20,000 nucleotides of DNA from assembly GCF_004010195.1 (NCBI RefSeq), contig NC_057717.1:107526762-107546761 (forward strand). The letters run 5' to 3'. A program made the position numbers and the translations under genes. This document shows, one piece after another, positions 1 through 10,419 of the stretch; position 1 is the first letter of the stretch; each line of letters opens with the position of its first letter. Under the pieces are notes generated by a model. That model saw only the letters and a program-made list of their open reading frames with translations. It was not told where the DNA came from and searched no databases. Source of the stretch: Chiloscyllium plagiosum (Eukaryota).

Positions 1-177
1 CAGCTGGGCTCTTAAGAATTGTACAGCCGGAGAGGCAAGATTGTAACCATTGCTGGGAACCTTCCGATGTCCAGGCCAGTAACACCCATGCTTACAGCCC
101 TGCTGCATGATATTTCAGAAGCTACAAGTCAGGAATGACTGCTCACACTGTGCTGTTTGATCATTATCTCCAAGGAC

Positions 178-720
178 ATGACCCAGGGGAGAGGAAAGCA
201 GAGTTCCCTTCCTGCTTCATATAAAAGGACCTTGAGCCCTTGGTGGATGGTGCAGTAGAAGGGAGAGCAATCATTTTTATTTGCGGACCATTACAGGAGG
301 CCACACCACCAAACGAAGCCAACCTGGACCCAAAATGCAGTCAGTACTGCTTCCCAAGTGAAAAGGAATGGCCTGAATACACAAAGAGGGTCATTATCTC
401 CTGTCCTCCACAAGTGCTAATGCTATTATCTTCTTCCTTCACGTAACATCCACAGCGCCACAATGCAGTCTAACTCTGGCATTGCATACACTTCCTGCCA
501 AGGTTCACTGACCACAGATCTCACTGTTGCATGCATAATGCCGACTTAATGGCTTTCACCCACCTCATCCTTCCAAATGACTGACACTTCCTGTTTGTGC
601 ACTTCCCTACTCACTGAATGGGGACATCCATTCAATCCTCCTGCTCCTCATCTCCACTAACTACTCCTCAATCTATGTCCATCATACTCAATCTCTCCCA
701 TTGTCTCATTGCAGGAAAAA
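178..720 (+). mobile_element. Degenerate Myb/SANT-like DNA-binding exon plus intron-like segment, resembling PIF/Harbinger transposon ORF relics
   Basis: Frameshifted translation ...DLEPLVDGAVEGRAIIF...RPHHQTKPTWTQNAVSTASQVKR..WPEYTKRV resembles the Myb_DNA-bind_5 pattern of Harbinger-associated proteins. It is followed by a pyrimidine-rich tract ending ttgcag|GAAAAA at about 714. Recognised by eye. Confidence 0.4.
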
Positions 721-1431
721 TCCTCCTCTGTGTCCCTAAAGCAAAAGATCCATAGTTATTTGACTAGCCCGTCTATAATTCCAGACTGATTGAACTTTAC
801 CTTCAGGACTGTCCATAGTCCAATACCATGGACTACAAGGACACAAACTCTTGGAATAAGGTAATGCTAAGCACCCAACTGTGGCTAACCCCTGGACTAG
901 AATCACAAGAGCCCGGACTAACCCACGAACACCCTTCGCCACGCTGAGGACTGCTTCTCTTGACTTTCACATATGGCCAATGGCTTTAAGCACGTGCAGT
1001 GTATTTGTCACTTAAACTGCTGGCACATCCTGTTGGTCATAGGAACAGGGATAGGCCATTCAGCCCCTTGAGCCTGTTCTGCTATTAATGAGATTGTGGC
1101 TGATCTGTGATCAAACTCCACACATCTGCCTTTGGTCCTTATCTCTTAAAGCTTTGCTTAACACTTTTTTTTTCAGCAGATTTAAAACTAACAACAATTC
1201 CAGCATTCACTGACATTTGTGAACGTGAGTTCCAAACAGCTACCACCCTTTCTGTGGAAAAGTGGTTCCTAATATCTCTTCTGAATGGCCTAACCCTAAT
1301 TCTCAGACAATGCCCCTTATTTTAGAATCCCCAACCAGTGAAAATAGTTTATCTTTATCTACCCTGTCCTTTCCTATTAATGTTTTGAAGACTTCAATCA
1401 GATCATCCCTTAACCTTCTAACTCCTAAACA

Positions 1432-1790
1432 AGGGTGGCTTAGTGGTTAGTATTGCTACCTCACAGAGCCAGGGACATGGGTTCAATTCCATCCTCAGGT
1501 GACTGTGTGGAATTTGTACATTCTTCCCCGTATCTGCATGGGCTTCCTCTTGGTGTTCCAGTTTTCTCCCGTAATCCAAAGATGTGCAGGTTAGGTGGAT
1601 TGACCATGCTAAATTGCTTCATAGTGTCCAGGGATGTGCAGGCTAGGTGGATTAGCCACTGGAAATGGAGAGTTACAGGAATGAGGGGGGAGGGGTCTGG
1701 GTCTGGGTGGGATGATCTTCAGAAGGTTGGTAGTAATTCAGTGGGCCAAATGACTTGCTTCCACATTGTAGGGATTATATTCTGTGATTC
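1432..1790 (+). mobile_element. tRNA-derived V-SINE of the HE1 type (elasmobranch SINE), nested in CR1
   Basis: A-box-like ggtggcttagtggtta, B-box-like gggttcaattcc, V-domain (tgtgtggaatttgtacattcttccccgtatctgcatgggcttcctc...ccaaagatgtgcaggttaggtggattg) and CR1-like 3' tail (gggccaaatgacttgcttcc...gattct). The host CR1 resumes after 1790. Confidence 0.85.
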
Positions 1791-1911
1791 TAAGACAGAC
1801 CTAATTTGTATAATCTTTCTTCATGACTTTACATCCAAAGTCCAGATTTAATTCTTGTAAATTACTTTGTACTCCCTCCAAAGCCGCTGTATCATTCCTA
1901 AAATGTATTGT

Positions 1912-2435
1912 TGTAACGTTAGACTAAAGTGCTTAAACTGGTTCTTTAAGGTCTGATCAAAATGAGTACAAGAAAACACATGTGCTTTGATGTAAAGCAA
2001 ATTTACTACCTTAAACTACTTCAAATATACGCAAACGAATGAGTGAATCTATTAGTGAGTCTCATGCCTTTGTACACGTCAAAGTCCCCTCAGCGATGGC
2101 TGACATTTGGATTGCGATCTCAATTCCATGGCACCATCTGTTCCAATGGTGAAGTCCAACAAACTGTGAAAAGTCTCTGATATGAATAGTATACTGCATG
2201 CTTTAATATTACATGCCAAATTACCTCTTCTGAGTACTTTTCCAAAGATTCCTCTGCATTTGGTGATCAAAAAAAGTTGATAAAAAAAACAAACTGTTTT
2301 CATGCTATGTTTTTCTTCTTGCAAAACAGCCTGTTATTGCATAATTTTCCATTCTCATTCAGTTGCTTCTTACCAAGCCCAGTTGACTTCTAATGATCTG
2401 TTTTGGAGTTATAAGTTTTGGATTCATACGCTACA
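1912..2435. mobile_element. Probable solo LTR (524 bp) inserted in CR1
   Basis: Begins TGTAACGT and ends ACGCTACA (TG...CA, 7/8 inverted match). It cleanly interrupts the CR1 sequence. Flanks attgt and ggtgt are compatible with a decayed 5-bp TSD. Confidence 0.6.
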
Positions 2436-3964
2436 GGTGTCCAGATTTGCACACAGTACTTCAAGTGAGGTCTAGCCAGAGTATTGTACAACCGCAGCAT
2501 ATCTTCTACATCCTTGTGCTGCAATCCTCTTGATACAAAGACCAGCATTCCATTAGATTTCTTGATTATTTTCTGCATCTGTTCCTGTTACTTTAAAGAC
2601 CTATGTACCTGACCCCCCAAGTCTCTTTAGATATTCACTGTATTTAACTTCATACCATCTAGGAAGTACACTGATCTAGCCTTTTTTGGTTTAAAATAGA
2701 TAACATCATACTTGCTTACATTGGACTCTATCTGCCACAATCTTGTCCATTCATTTAGTCTAACAATATCCCTTTGTAATTTTGTGCTACTATCTACACT
2801 GTCTAAATTGCCATTTAACTTTGCATCATCAACAAATTTAGATATACGACTTTCTGTGCCATTCTCCAAGTTATTAATAATATGAATAATTGAGGCCCTA
2901 ACGCAGATCTTTGTGGAACACCACTTAACACATCCTGCCAATTTGACTACCTCCTGATTATCACTACTTCCTATCACCTGCCACTCAACGAAATTTCCTA
3001 GCCAAGTCAGTAACTTACCCTCAGTCTGTGGGCTTCTACCTTAGTTAACTGCCTCTTGTGTGAGACTTCATCAGATGCCTTCTGGAAGTCTATAAAAACA
3101 ACATCCATAGAAATTCCCCTGCCCACTACCTACTCATCTCTCCAAAAGATTCAATGAGGTTGGTCGGGCATGACCTACCTGTCACAAATCCATGCTGGCT
3201 CTCCCTGACTAACGGGAATTTTCAAGGTTTTCAGTTACCCAATTTTTAATTATAGACTCCAACAACTTCCCTGCCACAGATGTTAGGTTAACTGATCTAT
3301 GGTTCCTTGACTTACCTTTTTCACCTTTCTTAAACAGCAGAGTGACACATGCAATTTTCCAATCCAGAGGATGGCTGCAGTATCAAGGCAACTCTAAAAG
3401 ATTATAATTAGGGCAACTTCAATGTGCTCCCTATTTCTTTTAACACACTTAGATCAAAACTATCAGGTCTTGGAATTTGTCACTATTTAATTCCATTAGT
3501 TTCCTCATTATCAATGTTTTACTTGCATTTGTTTTATTCAGTTCCTGTTCCTGATCTACTATTAATTTCTTCAGGGCTTCTGACAAGCTCTCTTCCTGTT
3601 CTATGGTAAATGCAGAGGCAAAGTAATTATTCAGCGCGTATGACATTTCCCCATAGTCCTTGACATTGTCCCCACTTTGACTCTTTAGTGGACCAACTTA
3701 GCTTCTGAATACCCATTTTCCTTTAAGTAACTATAAAATGTCTTCTCATTGATCTTGATGTCCCTGGCAAGTTCCCTTTCCTAATCCCTTTTCATAGCTG
3801 TTACAAGCTACTTGGTGGACCTTTGCTGGCCCTTGACTGTTCAGTGCTTCCCACTGTGACAAACTGTTTGCCTTTTCCTTTGCATTCAGAAGCTGTGTAA
3901 ACCACAGAGATTGGCAAACTGTTTCTGAACATGCAAGACCATGTACACTGAAAAAGCACTGTGA

Positions 3965-4175
3965 CCCAGAGAGAGGCTGGCAGCCTGTAACTTAGTGCTG
4001 AAGTCAATGAGTGTATGTTAAGAAAGCAATGCAAAAGTCTGCTGAAGTCAGTGAGTAAGCTCAGAACGCAATGAAAAGTAGACAGATGCTGGCAGTCTAT
4101 AAGTCAGTGCTGAAGTCAGTGAGTGCACTAAGAAAGCAACATGAAGCATACAGAGGCTGGTGGCCTCCAAGTAAG
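3965..4175. repeat. Degenerate minisatellite-like repeat
   Basis: Core tgctgaagtca(a/g)tgagt at 3996, 4040 and 4108, with recurring agaaagcaa and aga(g/t)gctggcag motifs. Confidence 0.65.
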
Positions 4176-4399
4176 ATCAAAGTGAATGAATGCTAAACAA
4201 AAAGTAAGATAAGTGCCATAAGATGCATCCTGTACACATTACATTTCCAAGAGTCAAGAAAAAAAATTATTTACTATTGCATTCACAACCTCAAGATATT
4301 GCATTTAAGTATTTTTGAAATGTAGTTACTGTTGTAATGTAGAAAACCAGTGACAGCGAGATTGTACACAACAACTCAGATCTGTACCATGAGTCAAAA

Positions 4400-4550
4400 A
4401 CATGGAAATCCCTCCTTACCAGCACTTGAATGCGTCAACACCACACATGCTGCCGCAGTATAGCAATACAGCTCACCACCATCTTCTTAAAGGCAATTAG
4501 AGATGAGTAATAAATGCTGGCCTTACTAATGATGCCCACAGCCAATAAAG
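4400..4550 (+). mobile_element. 3' end of a non-LTR retrotransposon (shark LINE family)
   Basis: tggaaatccctcc...gctcaccaccatcttcttaaaggcaattagagatgagtaataaatgctggcc: ORF2 C-terminus and 3' tail typical of an abundant elasmobranch LINE/SINE pair. Confidence 0.6.
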
Positions 4551-4560
4551 AGATACCACT

Positions 4561-5056
4561 TGCCTGCCCCTCTTCCGCGGTTATGTTAGAGCCCGGGTGT
4601 CCTTGGAGAAGGAGCACGCGGTGTCGACCAACAGCCTGGAGTTGTTCAGGGAGAGGTGGGCGCCGCAGGGAGTGGAGTGCATCATTTCTCTCTCCAATTC
4701 TATTTTGATTTAGTCCCTACCCTCCCCTTCACTGTTTTGATCACACAGCACTGTCCCTTGATGTGAAGGGCAGTGCTTGTCACTGGCCACCCGGGTGTTT
4801 TCCTATCTTCCTGGTGGTGGAATTTGAATAAAGATTGGTGCACTTTGTGTCTTCCACTGTGTCTCACACCTGCACACACAAACCATGGGTGCTGGGGATA
4901 AAATAAGCACTACTGCACTTAGGTGGTAGTGTGGGGGAAAAAAAAAGAAAGAAAAAAAAACAGGAGTACCCCTACATCCACCATGGGTGCTGGGGATAAA
5001 ATAAGCACTACCAAAGAAAGAAAAAAAGAAGAAAAAAAAAATTAAAAAAAATAAAA
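4561..5056 (+). mobile_element. Young 5'-truncated Tx1/L1-clade non-LTR retrotransposon with poly(A) tail and 17-bp TSD
   Basis: Perfect TSD aataaagagataccact at 4544-4560 and 5057-5073. Intact ORF2 C-terminus CLPLFRGYVRARVSLEKEHAVSTNSLELFRERWAPQGVECIISLSNSILI* (4561-4713). CpGs are retained and the tail is A-rich. Confidence 0.8.
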
Positions 5057-5900
5057 AATAAAGAGATACCACTATGCTTTTTCAGTTCTACATCAGAGGT
5101 TCAGACCTAGATAACACACTTGCGTCTCCTGAATGGGACTTGAAACTATAACTTTCAAACCAAGTGGCAAGAGTCCAACAACTGAACCATAGCTGACACA
5201 TTCTAAACTACATTTGATGGAATTCTATGATATTTTGTGAAAATTGGAAACAGATTATGCACTTTAGCTTTGTTATGTTAGGCTTTTTTGTGCAGTGTAT
5301 TGTGAAGTAGGTCTTATTTGGTATGAATATTGAATGTTACAGTTGATTATAGTTGAGTATTTACTTGTTTGTTGAATCATTTGACAGAGATCCTGTGAAT
5401 CAAAAGTAGGATGAGGTATTTCCCAAAGGAAAAGGAAGAATTATTGGAATCATTATTTGTTGACCGGAATGGTTGAGGGTTGAGAGAGTGTCAGGCAGAT
5501 GTAAGGGGATTTTAAGTCTATAGAAAGTACAGTGGCTAAATGCACTGCCCACTCTGATAATTATTGATGTAAATCAAGTGTTCCCATGGTCAATATCTGT
5601 GCTCAGTTGGTGAATCAGGTCTCAGCAGTAGTGATGCTCCTTTGTCTTGGTGCCACATTTGGATGTGGTGGTCAGCAATTAAGTATTCTGTCATTGCCTA
5701 ACCTTAATTAAATAAAGGTCCTTTGTACAAGGCTCCAGAAAGCTGCAAGTATCGAAGAATAATATTCCATAAGTGGTCAGCACCTTCAGGAGAGGAGAAA
5801 ATTGAGTGAAAAGGAAATAAATTACTTTGAGATAAAGTATTACCAATAAGCACAATCCTATTGATTAATCACTAAGCTAAAAAAAAGTTAGATATCAGAA

Positions 5901-6130
5901 ACACAAACAAAATTGCTGGAAAAACTCAACAAGTCTTGCATCATCGGTGGAGGAAAAGCTTTCTGTATTAAACACACTGCCACATCTCCTCCAAGTATGC
6001 CTACCTGAAGAAGTTCTGCTTCTCTCTGACAGTTCTGAAGAAGGATCTCTGGACCTGAAACATTCACTCTACTTTCTCACCACCGGTCCTGCCGGACCTG
6101 TTGAGTTTTTCCAGGAATTTCGGTTTGTGT
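5901..6130. mobile_element. Palindromic non-autonomous element (Penelope-terminal-repeat-like)
   Basis: Inverted arms acacaaac..aaattgctggaaaaactcaaca and tgttgagtttttccaggaattt..gtttgtgt, with internal ctgaagaaggatctctggacctgaaac. Confidence 0.7.
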
Positions 6131-6389
6131 CCCACTGGTTAATTGTTTATTGTTTGTGTGTGCATTATTTGATCCAATCAAGTTACTAAAACTATGTGCA
6201 AATCATTTGCAAAACAACCAGATATATCATGGAACAGGGCATTCCTTATATAAAAAGATTAGTGACCTATTCTAACATGCCATAAAACTGTTTCCAGAAT
6301 TCAAAATTATATGAACTTGTTCCAGTTACTGACTTTTCGCAAAAGTCAGAAGTACCATTTTCAAATGTCAACAAGGTTTAAACACCAAA

Positions 6390-6738
6390 ATGGGGCATGG
6401 ACAGGATAAATAGACAAAGTCTCTTCCCTGAGGTGGACGAGTCCAGAAGTAGAGAGCATAGGTTTAGGGTGAGAGGAGAAAAATATAAAAGACCTAAGGG
6501 GCAATTTTTTCACGCAGAGGGTGGTATGTGTATGGAATGAGCTGCCAGAGGAAGTGATGGTGGCTGGTACAGTTGCAACATTTAGAAGGCATCTGGATGG
6601 GTATATGAATAGGAAGGGTTTGAAGGGGTATGGACCATTTGCTGGCAAGTGGGACTAGATTAGGTTAGGATATCTGGTCGGCATGGACGAGTTGGACAAA
6701 ACGGTCTGTTTACATGCTGTACACCTCTGCGACTCTAT
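6390..6738 (+). mobile_element. 5'-truncated CR1 LINE 3' end
   Basis: ORF2 C-terminus (GNFFTQRVVCVWNELPEEVMVAGTVATFRRHLDGYM) followed by a CR1 3' UTR ending gactctata. Confidence 0.9.
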
Positions 6739-6983
6739 AACAAGTCATACCACATCTATGGAATTAACAGTGAAGTTTACATTGAAGTTTATGCCAATAT
6801 GTCTTTATTTAGATGTTGCCTGACCTGCTGAGTGATTTCAGCATTTATTGTTTCAAATTCCAACTATCTTTAAATGTTTTGGTTTCTTAACCATCTTTTA
6901 CAATCATATACCTGCTTCATGTTGTTGTAGTATGTTGTTCATTGTTTAATTGATGTTCATTCTAACATTTTGTTTATTTTCAG

Positions 6984-7175
6984 ACTTAGAAGATGAAAAG
7001 TTGAGGCAGGCTAGTAAGCACCACAACCTTGAACATGAACGTGAGCATGAACGTGAACATGAACATAGACATGAACATAAACATGAGCATAGACATGAGC
7101 GTGAACATGGACCTACTATTGAGCATAATAATTATTGGATAGTTGGGCAAAGACGCTTCAGAATGATTGTTATCA
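6984..7175 (+). CDS. Internal coding exon (192 nt, phase 1-1) encoding a His/Glu-rich repeat segment of a single-pass membrane protein
   Basis: Acceptor ttttgtttattttcag| with upstream branch-like tctaac, and donor |gtgagt at 7176. Open frame (D)LEDEKLRQASKHHNLEHEREHEREHEHRHEHKHEHRHEREHGPTIEHNNYWIVGQRRFRMIVI. The phase matches the next exon. Confidence 0.8.
7031..7108 (+). repeat. Coding hexamer tandem repeat, 13 units (GAACAT variants)
   Basis: gaacat gaacgt gagcat gaacgt gaacat gaacat agacat gaacat aaacat gagcat agacat gagcgt gaacat, encoding EH/ER/RH/KH dipeptides. Confidence 0.95.
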
Positions 7176-7629
7176 GTGAGTAATAAAGAAGGTGGTAACT
7201 ATGAAAATTCCTTACAGCTCCACCAATGTTCATTAAATCTATTAAACAAATAACTGGCCATCACACTGCTGAAAGATCCTAAGTTTGATTTCCAATGGAC
7301 CTTGTTTTTCCATTGTTGAGTGAATCAGGGGTTCCAATAATAAGGGAACAGAGTATCAACAAATAAATGTAAAATATCTCTGAAGGCAATTCAGTGGCTG
7401 CTTCTTCCTCCGAGACAGCCAACCATCAGTGTTTACCACTGCAAATTTCAACTTCCATCCTGGCACAACCCCCAGTAGAGACTAAGCCATTCACCCACCC
7501 TTCATGTGCACTTAACTCTACAGGTAAAAAGGTTCTTGATGGAGGATGTTCTGATTAACCTACTGACTTTACATTTCAATGGAAAATCCATCCTAACATC
7601 TTGATGAATTTGAGGAATTGGTGTGAGGA

Positions 7630-8045
7630 TGGATGTGTTGTCCCAATCAAAGTGGTGTCCTTCTTCATCTGTATATAAGGATACTAGTGATGGTGGGTCA
7701 TGTCTTTTCGTGGCTGGTTGGTGGCCTGTCTGATGTAGTGTTCATTACAGTCCTCGCATGGTATTTTGTAAATGACATTTGTTTTGCTGATTGTTTGTAA
7801 AGGGTCCTTTAGGTTCACCAGCTGCTGTTTAAGTGTGTGGGCTACCATGATGCCAAGGGGTCAGAGTAGTCTGGTAGTCATCTCCAAGATGTCTTTGATG
7901 TATGGTAATGTGGCTAGAGATTCTGGGTGTGTTACGTCTGCTTGTCTGGGTTTGTTGTTTAGGAATCGGCGGATTGTGTTTATTGGGTAACCGTTATTCT
8001 TGAATAAGCTGTATAGGTATTTTTCATCTGCTGCTCATAGAACTA
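7630..8045 (-). mobile_element. Penelope-like retroelement fragment (RT C-terminus/linker and GIY-YIG endonuclease)
   Basis: Minus-strand translation YLYSLFKNNGYPINTIRRFL...TLPYIKDILEMTTRLL*PLGIMVAH...LKDPLQTISKTNVIYKIPCEDCNEHYI...GHHFDWDNTSIL matches the PLE motifs NGYP, LPY and VIY-IPC-C---YI. Confidence 0.85.
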
Positions 8046-8351
8046 CGAGCAATACAGCCTTATCCAATGTATCCACTTTACTAATTTTGAAAGTCTTTAA
8101 TGATTGAATTTCCTCCTCTGTCATCATGGTCTGTATAGCATCAGTTGCATTTATATCTGCAAGTGTATTTTACCAGGGTTTTAGTGTTCATGTACCCCAA
8201 TCTTTCACTTAGACACACATTTATCCATGATTAAAGAATCAAAACCAGCTTTTTTAATTCCAATGGCAAGATTTAGGAATCTAGTATACTATCAGGATAA
8301 GGAGCCTTATTAAACAATGAAGTTTTGTACACTTAGAGCACACTAAGTGTG

Positions 8352-9190
8352 CTTAGGCAGAGAGTTGGGATAAAAGGTTCTTTTTCGGAATGGCAGCCGG
8401 TGACAAGCGGTGTCCCGCAGGGTTCAGTGTTGGGGCCGCAGCTGTTCACATTATATATTAATGATCTGGATGAAGCGACTGGGGGCATTCTAGCGAAGTT
8501 TGCTGATGATACAAAGTTAGGTGGACAGGTGGAGAGGAAGTGGGGAGGCTGTAGAAGGATCTAGACAGTTTGGGAGAGTGGTCCAGGAAATGGCTGATGG
8601 AATTCAATGTGAGCAAATGCGAGGTCTTGCACTTTGGAAAAAAGAATACAAGCATGGACTACTTACTAAACAGTGAGAAAATTCGTAAAGCCAAAGTACA
8701 AAGGGATCTGGGAGTGCTCGTCGAGGATTCTCTAAAGGTAAACATGCAGGTTGAGTTCGTGATTAAGAAAGCGAATGCAGTGTTGTCATTTATCTCAAGA
8801 GGGTTGGAATATAAAAGCACCGTTGTGCTACTGAGACTTTATAAAGCTCTGGTTAGGCCCCATTTGGAGTACTGTGTCCAGTTTTGGTCCCCACAGGACC
8901 CGTGGACACAGCCTTAGAATTAGAGGGGATAAATTCAGAACAGAAATGCAGAGGCATTTCTTCAGCCAGAGACTGGTGGGCCTGTGGAATTCATTGCCGC
9001 AGAGTGCAGTGGAGGCCGGGAGCTAAATGTCTTCAAGGCAGAGATTGATAAATTCTTGATGTCACAAGGAATTAAGGGCTAGGGGGAGAATGCGGGTAAG
9101 TGGAGTTTGAAATGCCTATCAGCCATGATTGAATGGTGGAGTGGACTCGATGGGCCGAATGGCCTTACTTCCACTTCTGTGTCTTAATGT
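8352..9190 (+). mobile_element. 5'-truncated CR1 LINE (RT to 3' tail, with an internal deletion near 8895)
   Basis: [53 protein letters not shown], and 3' tail gggccgaatggcct. Confidence 0.93.
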
Positions 9191-9331
9191 ATGCTCTTTC
9201 ATTATTAAGAATATTTTGATTATTCCTTTGTTTACTAACATGTCTACTCTGTGCATTTATCAGATTCAGGGTTTACCTATTTCTAGATTTAAGTCCCTTG
9301 TTGTGATTTCTTTCTCTCTTTTTATTTACAG

Positions 9332-9422
9332 TTATTTTAGCTGTTATCGTGAGTTTTATTGTATTGTTGATATTGACCTGGTTCCTTCTTCCAAAAAAGA
9401 ATGTAAAGAAAGTAAAGAAAAC
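9332..9422 (+). CDS. Internal coding exon (91 nt, phase 1-2) encoding a transmembrane helix and a basic stop-transfer segment
   Basis: Strong acceptor tttctttctctctttttatttacag| and donor |gtaagt at 9423. In frame with the 6984-7175 exon it reads (I)ILAVIVSFIVLLILTWFLLPKKNVKKVKK(T). This frame is not in the supplied ORF track. Confidence 0.85.
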
Positions 9423-9589
9423 GTAAGTCTCCTACACGTATATTATACACACCCATTTTTAACTTGGTACTCTTCCAAAAAATACAGAATTGTGCAGTAG
9501 CAAATTCGTACTGTTAAGCCATTTAAAAAAATTGTCACTGGCCAGAGGTCACCTTTAATCACAAATTTCCCAAAGAGCGTTTAAGTGTC

Positions 9590-9755
9590 AATGAGATGGT
9601 TTTTCACATGATTACATGGTCACCATTCAGCTCACTTTTTATTCCAGATTTTTATTGAATTCAGATTTCACCATCTGCCATGGTGGTATTTGAGCCTATG
9701 CATCTAGAACATTGGATTCTGGATTGTTAGTCCACCACTACACCACCACCTCCTT
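9590..9755 (-). mobile_element. tRNA-derived SINE head fragment
   Basis: The reverse complement reads ggaggtggtggtgtagtggtggactaacaatccag...ggctcaaataccaccatggcagatggtgaaatctgaattcaataaaaatctggaataaaaag. Same family as about 14990-15245. Confidence 0.65.
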
Positions 9756-10419
9756 GTGAGATTCATTAAACGTATACAAATGCATGGAAATAAAGATAAT
9801 TGCTGTTCATTAGTAAGATTCTGAAGGGGAACATCAACATTTTTTTACTTGATGTTTAGAATCTGATTTTTTTTCACTTTCATTGTATCTTCCCACATTT
9901 CTCACCGTTGCCCAGGGAACTCAAAAGAAATTGAAAAGCCCACCCAATTTATAAGCTCCTATTATGCCCCCTTTAAAGGCAAATCCATGTGCAGTGATCA
10001 GTTAACTATACTGAAGAATATAACATTTTCAGAGCCATCATAACCTTTCTTTGGAGCACAACCTTTGCTCACTGCAGCGTAATGTTCAACGTATGAATCT
10101 GAACCTGTGTTAGTTATCATGCTCTGTTGTTCTCCCCTTCTAAATCAGAAGGAATGACTGGTCTACTGTCACTCTTGCATTGGAACCCCAGCACTGACCA
10201 TTCAACAGGGACCTAACTTCTTTATTGGCAACTTGTTTGGGTTCCATTTGCTGTGGGTGTGTTTGGTCTGTGATTAACTGCATTTGTACAGTAATAAATT
10301 GTTCTTTGATAATAGGTTACGTTATAGGTTACTTTGTTCACCTGTTGTTTACTTTAATCTTCCATTTTAGAAAACATTTTTGTTTTGATGACATTTGGTG
10401 TGAGACTTTTGACTTAAAA

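Larger units (their letters stand above)
1038..3830 (-). mobile_element. Decayed CR1-clade LINE (RT region to 3' tail), interrupted by a SINE (1432-1790) and a probable solo LTR (1912-2435)
   Basis: Minus-strand ORFs give CR1 ORF2 motifs: ALNNYFASAFT (3449-3646), ISKFVDDAKL..KLQRDIVRLNEWTRLWQIESNVSKY (2627-2977), LRLYNTLARPHLKYCVQIW (2390-2578). The reverse-complemented CR1 3' UTR (ataggccattcagcccc) is at about 1040-1110. Confidence 0.9.
4265..5200 (-). mobile_element. Old SacSINE1/DeuSINE-like SINE remnant split by later insertions (tail about 4265-4385, tRNA head about 5075-5200)
   Basis: Tail-like ttcacaacctcaag...gtatttttgaaatgtagttactgttgtaatgtagaaaac and reversed tRNA-like head tgggacttgaaac...caactgaaccatagctgac. 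Matched to a recalled consensus. Confidence 0.5.

Noticed and set aside
1432..1500. tRNA gene
   Set aside because: The A/B boxes belong to the SINE head, which continues into the V-domain, and no full cloverleaf is evident.
1453..1851. 132-aa ORF
   Set aside because: It lies over the HE1-type SINE and is a chance open frame.
3996..4124. CRISPR-like repeat/spacer appearance
   Set aside because: Only three 17-nt cores, unequal spacing, spacers similar to each other, eukaryotic context and no cas genes.
4803..5072. Phe-rich hydrophobic ORF on the minus strand
   Set aside because: It is the antisense reading of a retrotransposon poly(A) tail.
5388..5415. Possible small exon (gacag|...GAG|gtattt)
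   Set aside because: Stop codons in all three frames and a weak donor.
6950..7183. Stand-alone 77-aa secreted His-rich peptide
   Set aside because: The apparent signal peptide is the translated polypyrimidine tract of an acceptor (TTG start), and the stop lies just after a GTGAGT donor. An internal exon explains it better.
9129..9500. 123-aa ORF from the track
   Set aside because: It starts in a CR1 3' UTR and crosses the TM exon in a different frame. The splice-defined frame is far more coherent.
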